This document shows, one piece after another, positions 20,557 through 32,355 of a stretch of 56,704 nucleotides of DNA. Numbering within the stretch: the first letter of the stretch is position 1; each line of letters begins with the position of its first letter. The stretch is from Acidiferrobacteraceae bacterium (GTDB taxonomy: Bacteria > Pseudomonadota > Gammaproteobacteria > Acidiferrobacterales > JAJDNE01), in NCBI GenBank assembly GCA_037388825.1, contig JARRJV010000010.1:1-56704 (forward strand), written 5' to 3'. Both the position numbers and the translations under genes were made by a program. The notes under the pieces are model-generated. The model was given only the letters and a program-made list of their open reading frames with translations. It did not search any database and had not been told where the DNA came from.

Positions 20557-23526
20557 TCAGAGCTTCAGTGTCTCGAGGCCGAGGTCCGTGGCCTGATCGG
20601 AAGCGGCGCCGCTGGTGACTACGGCGACACTGGCGACCTCGGGACGAAGATACTGAGCCCCTACCCTGCGAAGATCATCGAGGCTCACGCCCAGAATGCG
20701 GCTGCGGAAGCGGCGCCGCTGGTCCGACGTGCGCCCGTGCAGGCTACTATGAAAGGCCTTTTTCGCCTCGCCCGCCGGCGATCCCGGTTTGTCAATGGAA
20801 CCGATCACGCCGAGTATGGCCTCTTCCAGCTGGCGTCCGTCGTGACCGTTGCTCTGAAGCCAGTCCAGGGATCGGTCGAAATCCGCCAGGGTTTCCGCGA
20901 GACGTGGGTCGCGATAGGAGAAGAATCGAAACACGGCATTGTCCGGGTCGTGTCCGGCGCCGCCACCATAGGCACCCCCCTGTTCGCGAATAACGCGGTG
21001 CAGAAAACCATTGCGCAGGAAACCGCCCAGCACCGCCAACGGGGCGGCATCCTCGTGCTCGATGGGCACGGTCGGGTAGGCCTTGGCGCAGAAATTCACC
21101 TGGGTGCTGGTGACCCACATTTCCCGGACGGTTTCGCGTATCGGTGCAGGGGAGAACGCCTGCAGTCCGCCACTGGCGGCGCGCCAGTGGGCGCCGAGCC
21201 CGGCGGCGAAATCGGATCGACGCTCTTCCTCGCCCACGATCAGGAATTGTCGACCCGCCCGCAAGAGAATTTCATGGATGCGCTGAAAATCGCCGGCAAG
21301 TTTTTCCAGTGCGCCGCGGTCGGAAAGTCGGTCGTCCAGGGACTTCAGTGCCTGGATACCAGCCAAACCGCGCCAGCGATGGTTCAGTGCGGCGGCCGGG
21401 CTCATCCTGCTGGCTGCGGCACCCATGGCCAGGCCATGGCCGTTGCCGGTGACACTCTGCTCCGCATGAGCACGATCCTGCGCCAGGATTTCGCGCATAC
21501 GATCCAGCTCATCCCAACGCACGGTCTCCAGGGTCTCGTGCATGAACTCACTGAGCCCTTCATGATTTCGCGCCAGGGCCTTGCCGGACAGGACAAAGGT
21601 ACTGCGTGTTCGCTGGACGTCGTCGATCGCGCCACGAACACTGGCCGAAGCATGCACGCCTCCCGTAACCGCATCCATATGCGCCTGGGTTTCCATATAG
21701 TCACGGCCGCCGCTTCCGAGTTCGGTCAGACAGTGAGTGAAGTGCGGCAACAGGGGGACGAGATCATCGTCCAGTTGCGGCAGATCAATCACAACCTGTT
21801 CATAGACCAGACCATTGGTTCCCTGGGTATAGAATGTCGCGGGGGCACCGCCGATTTCCGACCTCTCCCCTTCAGGAATCGGAAAGTCCTTGGGCACATC
21901 GTCCAATGTGACCTTCGGGAGAACTTCCGGATCGTCTTCCTGCTCCTGCCGCGCGGCCAGAGCCGCGGCCTGCTCCACGATGTGCTGTTTTTCCTTTGCA
22001 TCAAGATTGTCCTTGATCGCTGCCAGCCGATCCCGCTCCGCCCGATCGCGCTCGGCGGCCAATCCGCTATCCGGTCGCAGGGTCAGGCGAACCCGGTGCG
22101 GATTCTCCAGCAACAGTTCCCTTGCCAGACCCTTGATGAATTCCGGGTCCTGAATCGCCTGGCGCAGGTCCTCGAGCACAGGATCGAGATTCAACAGCGC
22201 CACCGGATCTCCACCATGGACCACGGGCGACAAGCCTTCCAGAATCAGCTGCAACCCATAGGGATAATGATCTCCGCGGATTTCACGCTGGCCGAGTTCC
22301 AACTGGTGCAATACGGCTTCCACCCGATCCTGCGGAACCCCTTGCTCCGCCACCTGGCCCAGCACATCCAGCACCAGTTCCTCCACCGCCTGGGCATTTT
22401 CCACCCGACTGCCCTCGAGGCCGCAGACGAACGCCATCTCGCGATTCGAGTCCTCCAATCCAGACAGGGGCGACGGGGCCGCGCCCAGGTCCGTGGTTTC
22501 AAGCGCGTGGCGCAGGGGTGACGCACCATTGTCCAGCAGGACACTCGACAGCAGATGGGCCTCCATGAGCTTGCGCGCGTCCGCACTCTTCCCCAGTAGC
22601 CAGCCGACGACGATATGGGTCTTGTCTTCCTGCCCCTGCGGTTCGTCCAGTGCGTAGCGATCCTCAACCACGACCGGCTGTGTATAACGCCGTTCGTCCC
22701 CGACTTCGATATGACTATCGAGACGGTCGAAACGGGCCAGGGCTTTCTCCTCGAAGCGCGCCTGATGTTCCACCGCGGGGATGTTGCCATATGTCATGAA
22801 CACCGCATTCGACGGATGATAATGCGTGGCATAGAACGCCTTCAGCTCCTCATAGCTGAGGGTCGGAATGTCCGCAGGCTCGCCGCCACTGTTGTAGTGA
22901 TAGGTGGTCGTGGGATAGAGATGATGGCTCAGGGTATGCCACAGCGTGTTCACGGGCGAACTCATGGAGCCCTTCATCTCGTTGAAGACGACGCCCTTGT
23001 AAACCAGATCGGTATTCGGATCGTCCGGGGTCTCAAACTCGAGGCGATGACCCTCTTGGGCGAAATCCAGTTCGTGCAGACGCGAAAAGAAGACTGCGTC
23101 CAGATATACATCCATCAGGTTGTTAAAGTCTTTGGAGTTCTGGCTCGAGAACGGATACGCGGTCCAGTCGCTGCTTGTAAATGCATTCATGAAGGTATTC
23201 AGCGAACGCCGAATCATCATGAAAAAGGGATCGCGCACCGGATAGTGTTCACTGCCACACAGGGCGGTATGCTCCAGGATGTGGGCGACACCGGTAGAAT
23301 CCATGGGGACGGTGCGCAGGGCGACCAGAAAGACATTTTCCGGATTGCTGCTTGCAAGATGAAAATACCGGGCACCTGTCTTGCGGTGACGATATTCCTC
23401 CACCGTCAGCCTGAGGGAATCAATCGGAACCGCTCGAATGAATTCGAACGAGGGATGAACAGCGGGAGTGGTCGCTACGGCGGTCTTTCCCGATTCGGCG
23501 GTGGTCTTGCTGTGGATACGCGTCAT
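20557..23526 (-). CDS. Insulinase-family M16C metallopeptidase (PreP/Cym1-like)
   Basis: STGVAHILEHTALCGS inverted HxxEH motif; RDPFFMMIRRSLNTFMNAFT; IREQGGAYGG; FFSYRDP. Confidence 0.93.
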   Translation of the reverse strand: MTRIHSKTTAESGKTAVATTPAVHPSFEFIRAVPIDSLRLTVEEYRHRKTGARYFHLASSNPENVFLVALRTVPMDSTGVAHILEHTALCGSEHYPVRDPFFMMIRRSLNTFMNAFTSSDWTAYPFSSQNSKDFNNLMDVYLDAVFFSRLHELDFAQEGHRLEFETPDDPNTDLVYKGVVFNEMKGSMSSPVNTLWHTLSHHLYPTTTYHYNSGGEPADIPTLSYEELKAFYATHYHPSNAVFMTYGNIPAVEHQARFEEKALARFDRLDSHIEVGDERRYTQPVVVEDRYALDEPQGQEDKTHIVVGWLLGKSADARKLMEAHLLSSVLLDNGASPLRHALETTDLGAAPSPLSGLEDSNREMAFVCGLEGSRVENAQAVEELVLDVLGQVAEQGVPQDRVEAVLHQLELGQREIRGDHYPYGLQLILEGLSPVVHGGDPVALLNLDPVLEDLRQAIQDPEFIKGLARELLLENPHRVRLTLRPDSGLAAERDRAERDRLAAIKDNLDAKEKQHIVEQAAALAARQEQEDDPEVLPKVTLDDVPKDFPIPEGERSEIGGAPATFYTQGTNGLVYEQVVIDLPQLDDDLVPLLPHFTHCLTELGSGGRDYMETQAHMDAVTGGVHASASVRGAIDDVQRTRSTFVLSGKALARNHEGLSEFMHETLETVRWDELDRMREILAQDRAHAEQSVTGNGHGLAMGAAASRMSPAAALNHRWRGLAGIQALKSLDDRLSDRGALEKLAGDFQRIHEILLRAGRQFLIVGEEERRSDFAAGLGAHWRAASGGLQAFSPAPIRETVREMWVTSTQVNFCAKAYPTVPIEHEDAAPLAVLGGFLRNGFLHRVIREQGGAYGGGAGHDPDNAVFRFFSYRDPRLAETLADFDRSLDWLQSNGHDGRQLEEAILGVIGSIDKPGSPAGEAKKAFHSSLHGRTSDQRRRFRSRILGVSLDDLRRVGAQYLRPEVASVAVVTSGAASDQATDLGLETLKL

Positions 23527-23649
23527 GAAATCTCGCAGTGACAGACTGTCAGAGGAATGCCCATTCTACCCCAGGCTTGCCACGGCGATAATGGGGGACC
23601 GGGAAAACCGGATTGATTTCGACACTATTCGACCACAATCATTAAAGCC

Positions 23650-23979
23650 ATGGATCGCAACACCGAAGAAATTATTGAACTGCTCCGGCAAATGGAGCAG
23701 GAGCTTCGCCGCCTGCAACTCTGGGAGGACGAAGCGCCGGCCGACGAGGATCTCGCAAGTACCCTGCCCTTCGCCCACGATCGCCTGGAATTCCACCAGT
23801 GGCTGCAGTGGATTCTGCTGCCGCGAATGCGTCAGCTGTGCCGCGACTCTGGGCCCCTGCCCACATCCAGCGGCATTGCGCCTATGGCCGAAGTGCAACT
23901 TGCACCCTGGGGCGCCGATGCCGGAACCCTGTTGGGCCTGCTGAGAGAACTCGATCGCCGCCTGGAGCCATCGGCTTGA
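23650..23979 (+). CDS. YqcC family protein
   Basis: LRRLQLWE..P....LASTLPFAHDRLEFHQWLQWILLPRM...LPTSSGIAPMAE. Confidence 0.88.
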   Translation: MDRNTEEIIELLRQMEQELRRLQLWEDEAPADEDLASTLPFAHDRLEFHQWLQWILLPRMRQLCRDSGPLPTSSGIAPMAEVQLAPWGADAGTLLGLLRELDRRLEPSA

Positions 23980-24036
23980 AAACTGCGCACAGGCGATGGA
24001 TATATAGTGTGTTAAGGCTATTTACGGAGCCGGGGT

Positions 24037-24441
24037 ATGGTGATTTACGATCTGGTTTGCGCCGAGGGGCACCGATTTGAAGGCTGGTTCGGGCAGGCGG
24101 CCGACTTTGGCTCGCAGAAGGCCGATGGTCTCCTGAGCTGCCCTCACTGCGGTTCCAGCGAAATCAGCAAGCTCCCCACGGCCAGCCGCATTCGCACGCA
24201 ACGCCACAGCAAACCCGCGGAAGTGTCCGCGGAGACGGCGCTGGAGCGCCTTCAGCGTCTGGTCACCGAACAGTTTGAGGACGTGGGCGACCGGTTTCCC
24301 GAGGAGGCCCGCCGGATTCACTACGGTGAGGCCGAGGCGCGGGATATCCGCGGAACGGCCACGGCCGAGGAAGCCCGGGAACTGCTGGAAGAAGGTGTTT
24401 CCGTCCTCCCGTTCCAAACCGATCCCAAGAAATTCAACTAG
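24037..24441 (+). CDS. DUF1178 family protein (putative Zn ribbon)
   Basis: MVIYDLVCAEGHRFEGWF...LLSCPHCGS; DVGDRFPEEARRIHYGE..RDIRGTAT. Confidence 0.9.
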   Translation: MVIYDLVCAEGHRFEGWFGQAADFGSQKADGLLSCPHCGSSEISKLPTASRIRTQRHSKPAEVSAETALERLQRLVTEQFEDVGDRFPEEARRIHYGEAEARDIRGTATAEEARELLEEGVSVLPFQTDPKKFN

Positions 24442-24557
24442 GCCCGCACTTTCCGCGGGCAGGCCCGATGGTGCGCGGCCGCACCCGGGTCTGTGGCTCC
24501 AGGCGATGAGTTAGTATATTATTAATTGCTAATTCTTCTGCGACAGCGAGTTTTTCC

Positions 24558-24758
24558 GTGGATATGGAAACCTTCGACTCCTGGTCCCTGCACCTTGGGA
24601 TCGGCGGCCTGATTCTGTACATGATTTTCATCATCTACCGCCTGGGCAAGGAGTCCGGGGCCGGCCGCTTCGGGTACTTCGTCCTGTTCTTCTCCCTGGG
24701 ACTGGGCTTCGTCGGCTATCTGGCAAAGACGATCCTGGTCGAGTTTCTGCACATCTGA
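24558..24758 (+). CDS. DUF2788 small membrane protein
   Basis: YMIFIIYRLGKESGAGRFGYFVLFFSLGLG; start GTG24558 or ATG24564. Confidence 0.85.
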   Translation: MDMETFDSWSLHLGIGGLILYMIFIIYRLGKESGAGRFGYFVLFFSLGLGFVGYLAKTILVEFLHI

Positions 24759-24890
24759 GTCGCAGGCAGGCCATCGCCTTCCCTCCCCCTGTTTGCCGCG
24801 GCCGGCGGGTTTGACCTCCGCTGTCGGGGCGGTTTATGTTTAGCGCCCGCCCGATACACCCGATAACCATAACTCACGGAGCACCCCGCT

Positions 24891-25373
24891 ATGCCCTCTT
24901 TTGACGTGGTCTCGCGCATCGACCGACATGAATTGACCAATGCCCTGGACCAGGCCAACCGTGAGGTGGGGAACCGATACGACTTCAAGGGCTCCGAAGC
25001 GAAGTTCGTCGAAAATGACGATTCCCTGAACCTGGACGCAGCCTCCGAGTTCCAGCTGCAACAGATGCTCGACATCCTCTACGGCAAGGTTTCGAAGCGG
25101 GGAATCGACCTCACGGCTCTGGATGCGGGCGAGCCCCAGATAAGCGGCAAACGGGCGACGCAAAAGGTCGCCCTGCGCCAGGGTATCGACAAGGACCTCG
25201 GCAAGAAGATCACCAAGCTGGTCAAGGATTCCAAACTGAAGGTGCAGGCCTCCATCCAGGGGGAACAGGTTCGGGTGACAGGCAAGAAACGGGATGACCT
25301 GCAGGAGGTCATCACCATGCTCAAGGGCGCGAACCTCGGCATCCCCTTGCAGTTTGAGAACTTCCGCGACTGA
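24891..25373 (+). CDS. yajQ: YajQ family nucleotide/c-di-GMP-binding protein
   Basis: MPSFDVVS, RYDFKGS, KLKVQASIQGEQVRVTGKKRDDLQ, PLQFENFRD. Confidence 0.96.
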   Translation: MPSFDVVSRIDRHELTNALDQANREVGNRYDFKGSEAKFVENDDSLNLDAASEFQLQQMLDILYGKVSKRGIDLTALDAGEPQISGKRATQKVALRQGIDKDLGKKITKLVKDSKLKVQASIQGEQVRVTGKKRDDLQEVITMLKGANLGIPLQFENFRD

Positions 25374-25402
25374 CGGAAGCCTCATCCCTCCACTCCTCTT
25401 CC

Positions 25403-26284
25403 TTGCATCCCGTGGAGATCACACGCACCCTCGAGCGTCCCGGCAAAGACCCGCTTGGGTACCGGCTGTGGCGCAACTCCGGCGCGCGTGATGTGCTGGT
25501 GATGATTCATGGGGCAGCGAGCAATCTTACGCGCTGGTCCGAATTCGTCAGCCATAGCTCACTGAAGGAGTCGTGGAACCTGTTGCGCATGGATCTGCGC
25601 GGCCACGGCAGTTCCATGTCCCGCCGGGGCATTCGAATCGAATCCTGGTGCGAAGACCTGAGGGCGATCCTCGACGCTGAAGAGTTTGACCGCGTCGTGA
25701 TCATCGGACACAGCCTGGGCGCGCACGTCGCACTCTATTTCCGCGACACGTTTCCGGAACGCGTGCGGGCGATGATCCTGATCGACCCGGTGATACCGCA
25801 GAATCTCAGCGGCAAGCTCCGCCTTGCGCGAAATCTGCGCTGGTTCCTGCAACTGATCGTCTATGGCATCCGTTTGCTGAATGCCCTGGGTCTTCGTCGG
25901 CGTTCCTTTCCGCCACGCGATCTGCGGGAACTGGATGAGCACACGCGGAAGATACTCGCGGGGGACTCCGGGACCGACATCGCCGATCTTTATACCAAAC
26001 CGAGTATCGACATGGCCTACCTCCCGGTCGCTAACTACATCCAGGACATGATCGAGGTCACACGCAAATTGCCATCACTGGAACACATCGATATCCCCGT
26101 GCTGGTGCTGCTGTCCGCCGGTGCGACCGTAAGCGATCCGGAACGCAATCTCGCCGTGATCCGGCGCATCCCGGGAGTTGAGATCCAGAGTATCAACGCC
26201 AACCACTGGCTGATGACGGAACGCCCGGAAGAGGCGCGCAAGGCGATCGACGGGTGGTGCCTGAAACAGCGGAGTAAGGGCTAG
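25403..26284 (+). CDS. Alpha/beta hydrolase
   Basis: MIHG oxyanion motif, DLRGHGSS, GHSLG nucleophile elbow, NHWLMTERP catalytic His. Confidence 0.9.
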   Translation: MHPVEITRTLERPGKDPLGYRLWRNSGARDVLVMIHGAASNLTRWSEFVSHSSLKESWNLLRMDLRGHGSSMSRRGIRIESWCEDLRAILDAEEFDRVVIIGHSLGAHVALYFRDTFPERVRAMILIDPVIPQNLSGKLRLARNLRWFLQLIVYGIRLLNALGLRRRSFPPRDLRELDEHTRKILAGDSGTDIADLYTKPSIDMAYLPVANYIQDMIEVTRKLPSLEHIDIPVLVLLSAGATVSDPERNLAVIRRIPGVEIQSINANHWLMTERPEEARKAIDGWCLKQRSKG

Positions 26285-27357
26285 GTCCCTTCCTCGGCCG
26301 GGTGTTGGGAATCATCAACCCGGGGCCAGGAAGTGAGCAACACCTGCACGAAACTCGCCAGCGGAATCGAGAAGAACACACCCCAGAATCCCCAAAGTCC
26401 GCCGAAGAAGAGCACCGCGACGATAATCGCGATGGGATGCAGGTTCACCACTTCGGAAAAAAGCAAGGGAACCAGAACCACCCCGTCCAGGGCCTGAACG
26501 ATTGAATAGGCAAGGATTAGATAGAAAAACGGTGCCGTCCAGTCCCATTGAAAGTAGGCGATGATCACAACCGGGATGGTGACCACCACCGCACCGATGT
26601 ACGGAATCAGCACCGACAGGCCGACGAGTACACCCAGGAGGATGGCGTAGTTCATCCCCATGACCACGAAGACTGCCGCCGTGGCCACACCCACGATCAG
26701 GACTTCCCAGAACTTGCCGCGCACATAGTTGCCTATCTGCCGATCCATCTCCACCCAGACCCCGTGCATGAGCCGACGGTCGTCCGGCAGATACTGTCGC
26801 AGCCAATCAAGAATCCGCGCCTTGTCCTTGAGAAAGAAAAGCACCAACAGGGGCATCAGGATAAGGTAAACGATGCTGGTAATGACCCCGGGAATCCGGG
26901 CTACCGAGAATGACAGGGCGCTCTGTCCGAATGCACCAATCTGTCTGCGAACAGCCGTCATGATATCAACCAGCTGTTCCTCGGAGATAAACGAATATTT
27001 CTGTGGCAGGGCGGCAAGGGCGTCCTGTCCGCGCGACAGCATGTTCGGCAGTTCGCCCACGAGATGGCTGATCTGAATTGACAGCAGCGGGATCAGGCCA
27101 AAGATGATGAACAACAGCGCGGCGAGAAAGACAAGGAACACCAGCCATACCGAGCGCGAACGCGATATGTGATAGCGCTCCAGAATATCGACCACGTCAT
27201 CAAGCAGGTAGGCCACAACGATGGCTGCGAACACCGGCAGCAACATGGCTCCGGTCACGATGACCACGGCGAACCCGCCAATGATCAGCAGGGCAAGCAA
27301 CAAGGCCTGGGGATCGGAAAAATGCCGACGGTAGAACTCTTGCAGCAGCTTGATCAT
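26281..27357 (-). CDS. AI-2E family transporter (PerM-like)
   Basis: RRHFSDPQA, FFLKD, IGNYVRGK, LIPYIGA, LVPLLFSEVVNLHPIAIIVAVLFFGGLWGFWG. Confidence 0.93.
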   Translation of the reverse strand: MIKLLQEFYRRHFSDPQALLLALLIIGGFAVVIVTGAMLLPVFAAIVVAYLLDDVVDILERYHISRSRSVWLVFLVFLAALLFIIFGLIPLLSIQISHLVGELPNMLSRGQDALAALPQKYSFISEEQLVDIMTAVRRQIGAFGQSALSFSVARIPGVITSIVYLILMPLLVLFFLKDKARILDWLRQYLPDDRRLMHGVWVEMDRQIGNYVRGKFWEVLIVGVATAAVFVVMGMNYAILLGVLVGLSVLIPYIGAVVVTIPVVIIAYFQWDWTAPFFYLILAYSIVQALDGVVLVPLLFSEVVNLHPIAIIVAVLFFGGLWGFWGVFFSIPLASFVQVLLTSWPRVDDSQHPAEEGT

Positions 27358-27432
27358 CGTACTTGAACCGGGCTCCGTTCGGCTGCGGCATCGACCGGAA
27401 CCGGGTTGAAGGATAGCGTGGCTCCGGGCCTC

Positions 27433-28101
27433 CTAGGCCAGCAATACGGCGAGGATACCCGTTATGAAGATTCCGTCAAACGTTCCCGCCCCGCCCACCG
27501 AAGCAAATGGGGTTCCGAGACGCCGGATGTCGCCCAGGCGAAGGATATCGGCTCCGATGAGCACGCCAAGGGTTCCCGAGATATAGGCCAGAGGCGCGCT
27601 TTCGCCGGCATTGATCAACAACGCCACCAGGGCCGCGGTCAGTGGTGCGATAAAGATCGGCATGCCGATCCCGAAGCCGCTGATCGGTCGGCTGGCGAAA
27701 CGGCTTACCGCCGTGACCACGGCAATACCCGCGAGCGCCTCGAGTACGCCGACATCACTCACGACCAGGAGATAAATGGAAAAGACCAGCGGAATGATGG
27801 CCCCACCGACATTGACCGCAACCAGGGTCTTGCCTTCGTATGTGCGGCGTGGCGGGCGAAGCATGCCCCACGGTAGCTTGGGCACCGTTTCCGGGTGCGC
27901 TCCATGGGAATCAATCAGGAAAAGGGGCAAATTGATGGCGCTGCCGAACAGGGAAGCGAACAGCAGAAGGAACGCGGAATTCGACGACAGGCCCAACTTG
28001 TCGAACGCAATGGTAATTGCGCCAACCTGTACAACCACGAGCAAGCCGATCAGAACAACGACGAACAGGAATAGCTGCGACGGCGAATACGGAGAGCGCA
28101 T
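27433..28101 (-). CDS. DUF1614 membrane protein
   Basis: GSAINLPL, VAVNVGGAIIP, GTLGVLIGADIL, SVGGAGTFDGIFITGILAVLL. Confidence 0.9.
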   Translation of the reverse strand: MRSPYSPSQLFLFVVVLIGLLVVVQVGAITIAFDKLGLSSNSAFLLLFASLFGSAINLPLFLIDSHGAHPETVPKLPWGMLRPPRRTYEGKTLVAVNVGGAIIPLVFSIYLLVVSDVGVLEALAGIAVVTAVSRFASRPISGFGIGMPIFIAPLTAALVALLINAGESAPLAYISGTLGVLIGADILRLGDIRRLGTPFASVGGAGTFDGIFITGILAVLLA

Positions 28102-28106
28102 GAAAC

Positions 28107-28143
28107 GGGCTCCGAAACCGGAGCCCCGCGCAGGAGGCTCCGG
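28107..28143 (-). promoter_or_regulatory. Alternative hairpins overlapping the DUF1614 Shine-Dalgarno
   Basis: mRNA CCGGAGCC...GGGCUCCGG-UUU-CGGAGCCC-GUUUC-AUG; the middle arm can form an 8-bp stem with either flank. Confidence 0.5.
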
Positions 28144-28154
28144 CTACTGGGTCG

Positions 28155-29645
28155 TCAGGGCGATATGGAAAGGAACAGCTGACTGCCGCGCCGGTTGATC
28201 AGCAGAACGGCAGAACCGTGCTTGCCGAGCCTGCGCGCCTGTCGCTTGAATTCTTCGACGGACGTAACCCGCGCCTGGTTGATTTCCAGGATGACGTCGC
28301 CCGCGTGCAGGCCAGCTTCTTCGGCCGGTGTACCTACGTCCACCTGCGTCACGACCACACCCGCGGTCGTAGACGGTATCCCTAGCTGGTTGGCGATCTG
28401 CGGAGTCAGGCTGCGGATCTCCACGCCCGCCAGAGCGGTCCCCTCGCCACCACCGCCGGTGGATTCGTCCTGTGGACCCTTGGCCAGATTCTTCGGCTGC
28501 TCCACGATCCTGGCATTGAGCGTTCGCGTCTTGTGATTGCGAATGACCCTGATCTTCACCGTCTTCCCGACTTTCGTGGCAGCAACGACATTGCGAAGAG
28601 TCGTGGGGTTGTCGATATCCTTGCCATCAAACTTGACGATGACGTCCCCGCTCTTTACTCCCGCCTTCGCCGCCGGCGTACCGTCCATGACCTCGCTGAC
28701 CAGGGCCCCCTCAGCCTTGGGCACGCCGAACTGTTTCGCAAGTTCCGGGGTAACTCCCTGAATGGATACACCCAGCCAACCACGAATGACCTTTCCATTC
28801 TTGATCAGGCTGTCCATGACGCTGCGCGCCATGTCGCTCGGCACAGCGAAGCCGATACCCATGTATCCGCCGGACCGGGAAAAAATTGCGGTGTTGATGC
28901 CGATGAGCTGGCCGCGTGCATTGACCAGGGCGCCACCGGAGTTACCCGGATTGATGGCGGCGTCAGTCTGGATGAAGTCCTCGTAGTCGGCGATTCCGAC
29001 ATTCGCGCGTCCCTTGGCACTGATGATGCCCATGGTCACGGTCTGATTGAGTCCGAACGGGTTGCCGATGGCCAGCACATAGCCGCCAACCTCGATCTTG
29101 TCCGAATCGCCCCACGGTACCGTGGGAAGATTGTCGGCCTTGATCTTCACTACGGCGATGTCGGTCTTGGGATCGGTACCAACGACCTTGCCTTTGAACT
29201 TGCGGCCGTCGCCCAGCAGAACCTTGATCTCATCGGCCTTCGCAACCACGTGATTGTTGGTGATGATGTAACCGTTCGAATCCACGATGACGCCGGAGCC
29301 CAACGCGCTTTCACGATGTTTTTGCTGTCCCTGGGGGAATTGATCGCCAAAGAAGTGGCGGAAGAACGGATCCTGCATCAGGGGAGATATCTGCGAGCCC
29401 CCGGTCACGACACGGGTGGTGGATATATTCACGACCGCGGGCATAACGCGCTTGACGACTGCCGGGAAGTTGGGCGCATGTCCGTCGGATACGGGTGACT
29501 GCATCGCCGCAGTGGCCTGCGTATCGCTGTTGGCCGGCGTGACAAGGTCGGCCCGAATGGTAAATGCAACTCCGATGAATACACCGAGCAGTACAAGTGC
29601 ACTGGTCAGCATTCCGATTCTGAACGAACGGCGATCTATGGGCAT
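28155..29645 (-). CDS. DegP/DegQ (HtrA) periplasmic serine protease with two PDZ domains
   Basis: TNNHVV (His), DPKTDIA (Asp), INPGNSGGAL (Ser); N-terminal signal or anchor. Confidence 0.96.
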   Translation of the reverse strand: MPIDRRSFRIGMLTSALVLLGVFIGVAFTIRADLVTPANSDTQATAAMQSPVSDGHAPNFPAVVKRVMPAVVNISTTRVVTGGSQISPLMQDPFFRHFFGDQFPQGQQKHRESALGSGVIVDSNGYIITNNHVVAKADEIKVLLGDGRKFKGKVVGTDPKTDIAVVKIKADNLPTVPWGDSDKIEVGGYVLAIGNPFGLNQTVTMGIISAKGRANVGIADYEDFIQTDAAINPGNSGGALVNARGQLIGINTAIFSRSGGYMGIGFAVPSDMARSVMDSLIKNGKVIRGWLGVSIQGVTPELAKQFGVPKAEGALVSEVMDGTPAAKAGVKSGDVIVKFDGKDIDNPTTLRNVVAATKVGKTVKIRVIRNHKTRTLNARIVEQPKNLAKGPQDESTGGGGEGTALAGVEIRSLTPQIANQLGIPSTTAGVVVTQVDVGTPAEEAGLHAGDVILEINQARVTSVEEFKRQARRLGKHGSAVLLINRRGSQLFLSISP

Positions 29646-29681
29646 GGATTTCCTCTGGTTAAAATTCCGTCCACAACTAGG

Positions 29682-32261
<2,580 letters not shown>

Positions 32262-32302
32262 GGTTGTTCGCCCCTTTTTCCGGAAGATTTGTATTGCTAC
32301 TG

Positions 32303-32331
32303 AGGTGGGGCGGATTCCCCGCGATTTCAAG
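32303..32331 (-). promoter_or_regulatory. Sigma-32 (RpoH) heat-shock promoter of clpB
   Basis: Minus strand CTTGAAA-N14-CCCCACCT versus consensus CTTGAAA-N13/14-CCCCATnT, 41 nt upstream of the ATG. Confidence 0.85.
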
Positions 32332-32355
32332 CAAAATGCACCGCCACGGGCAGTG

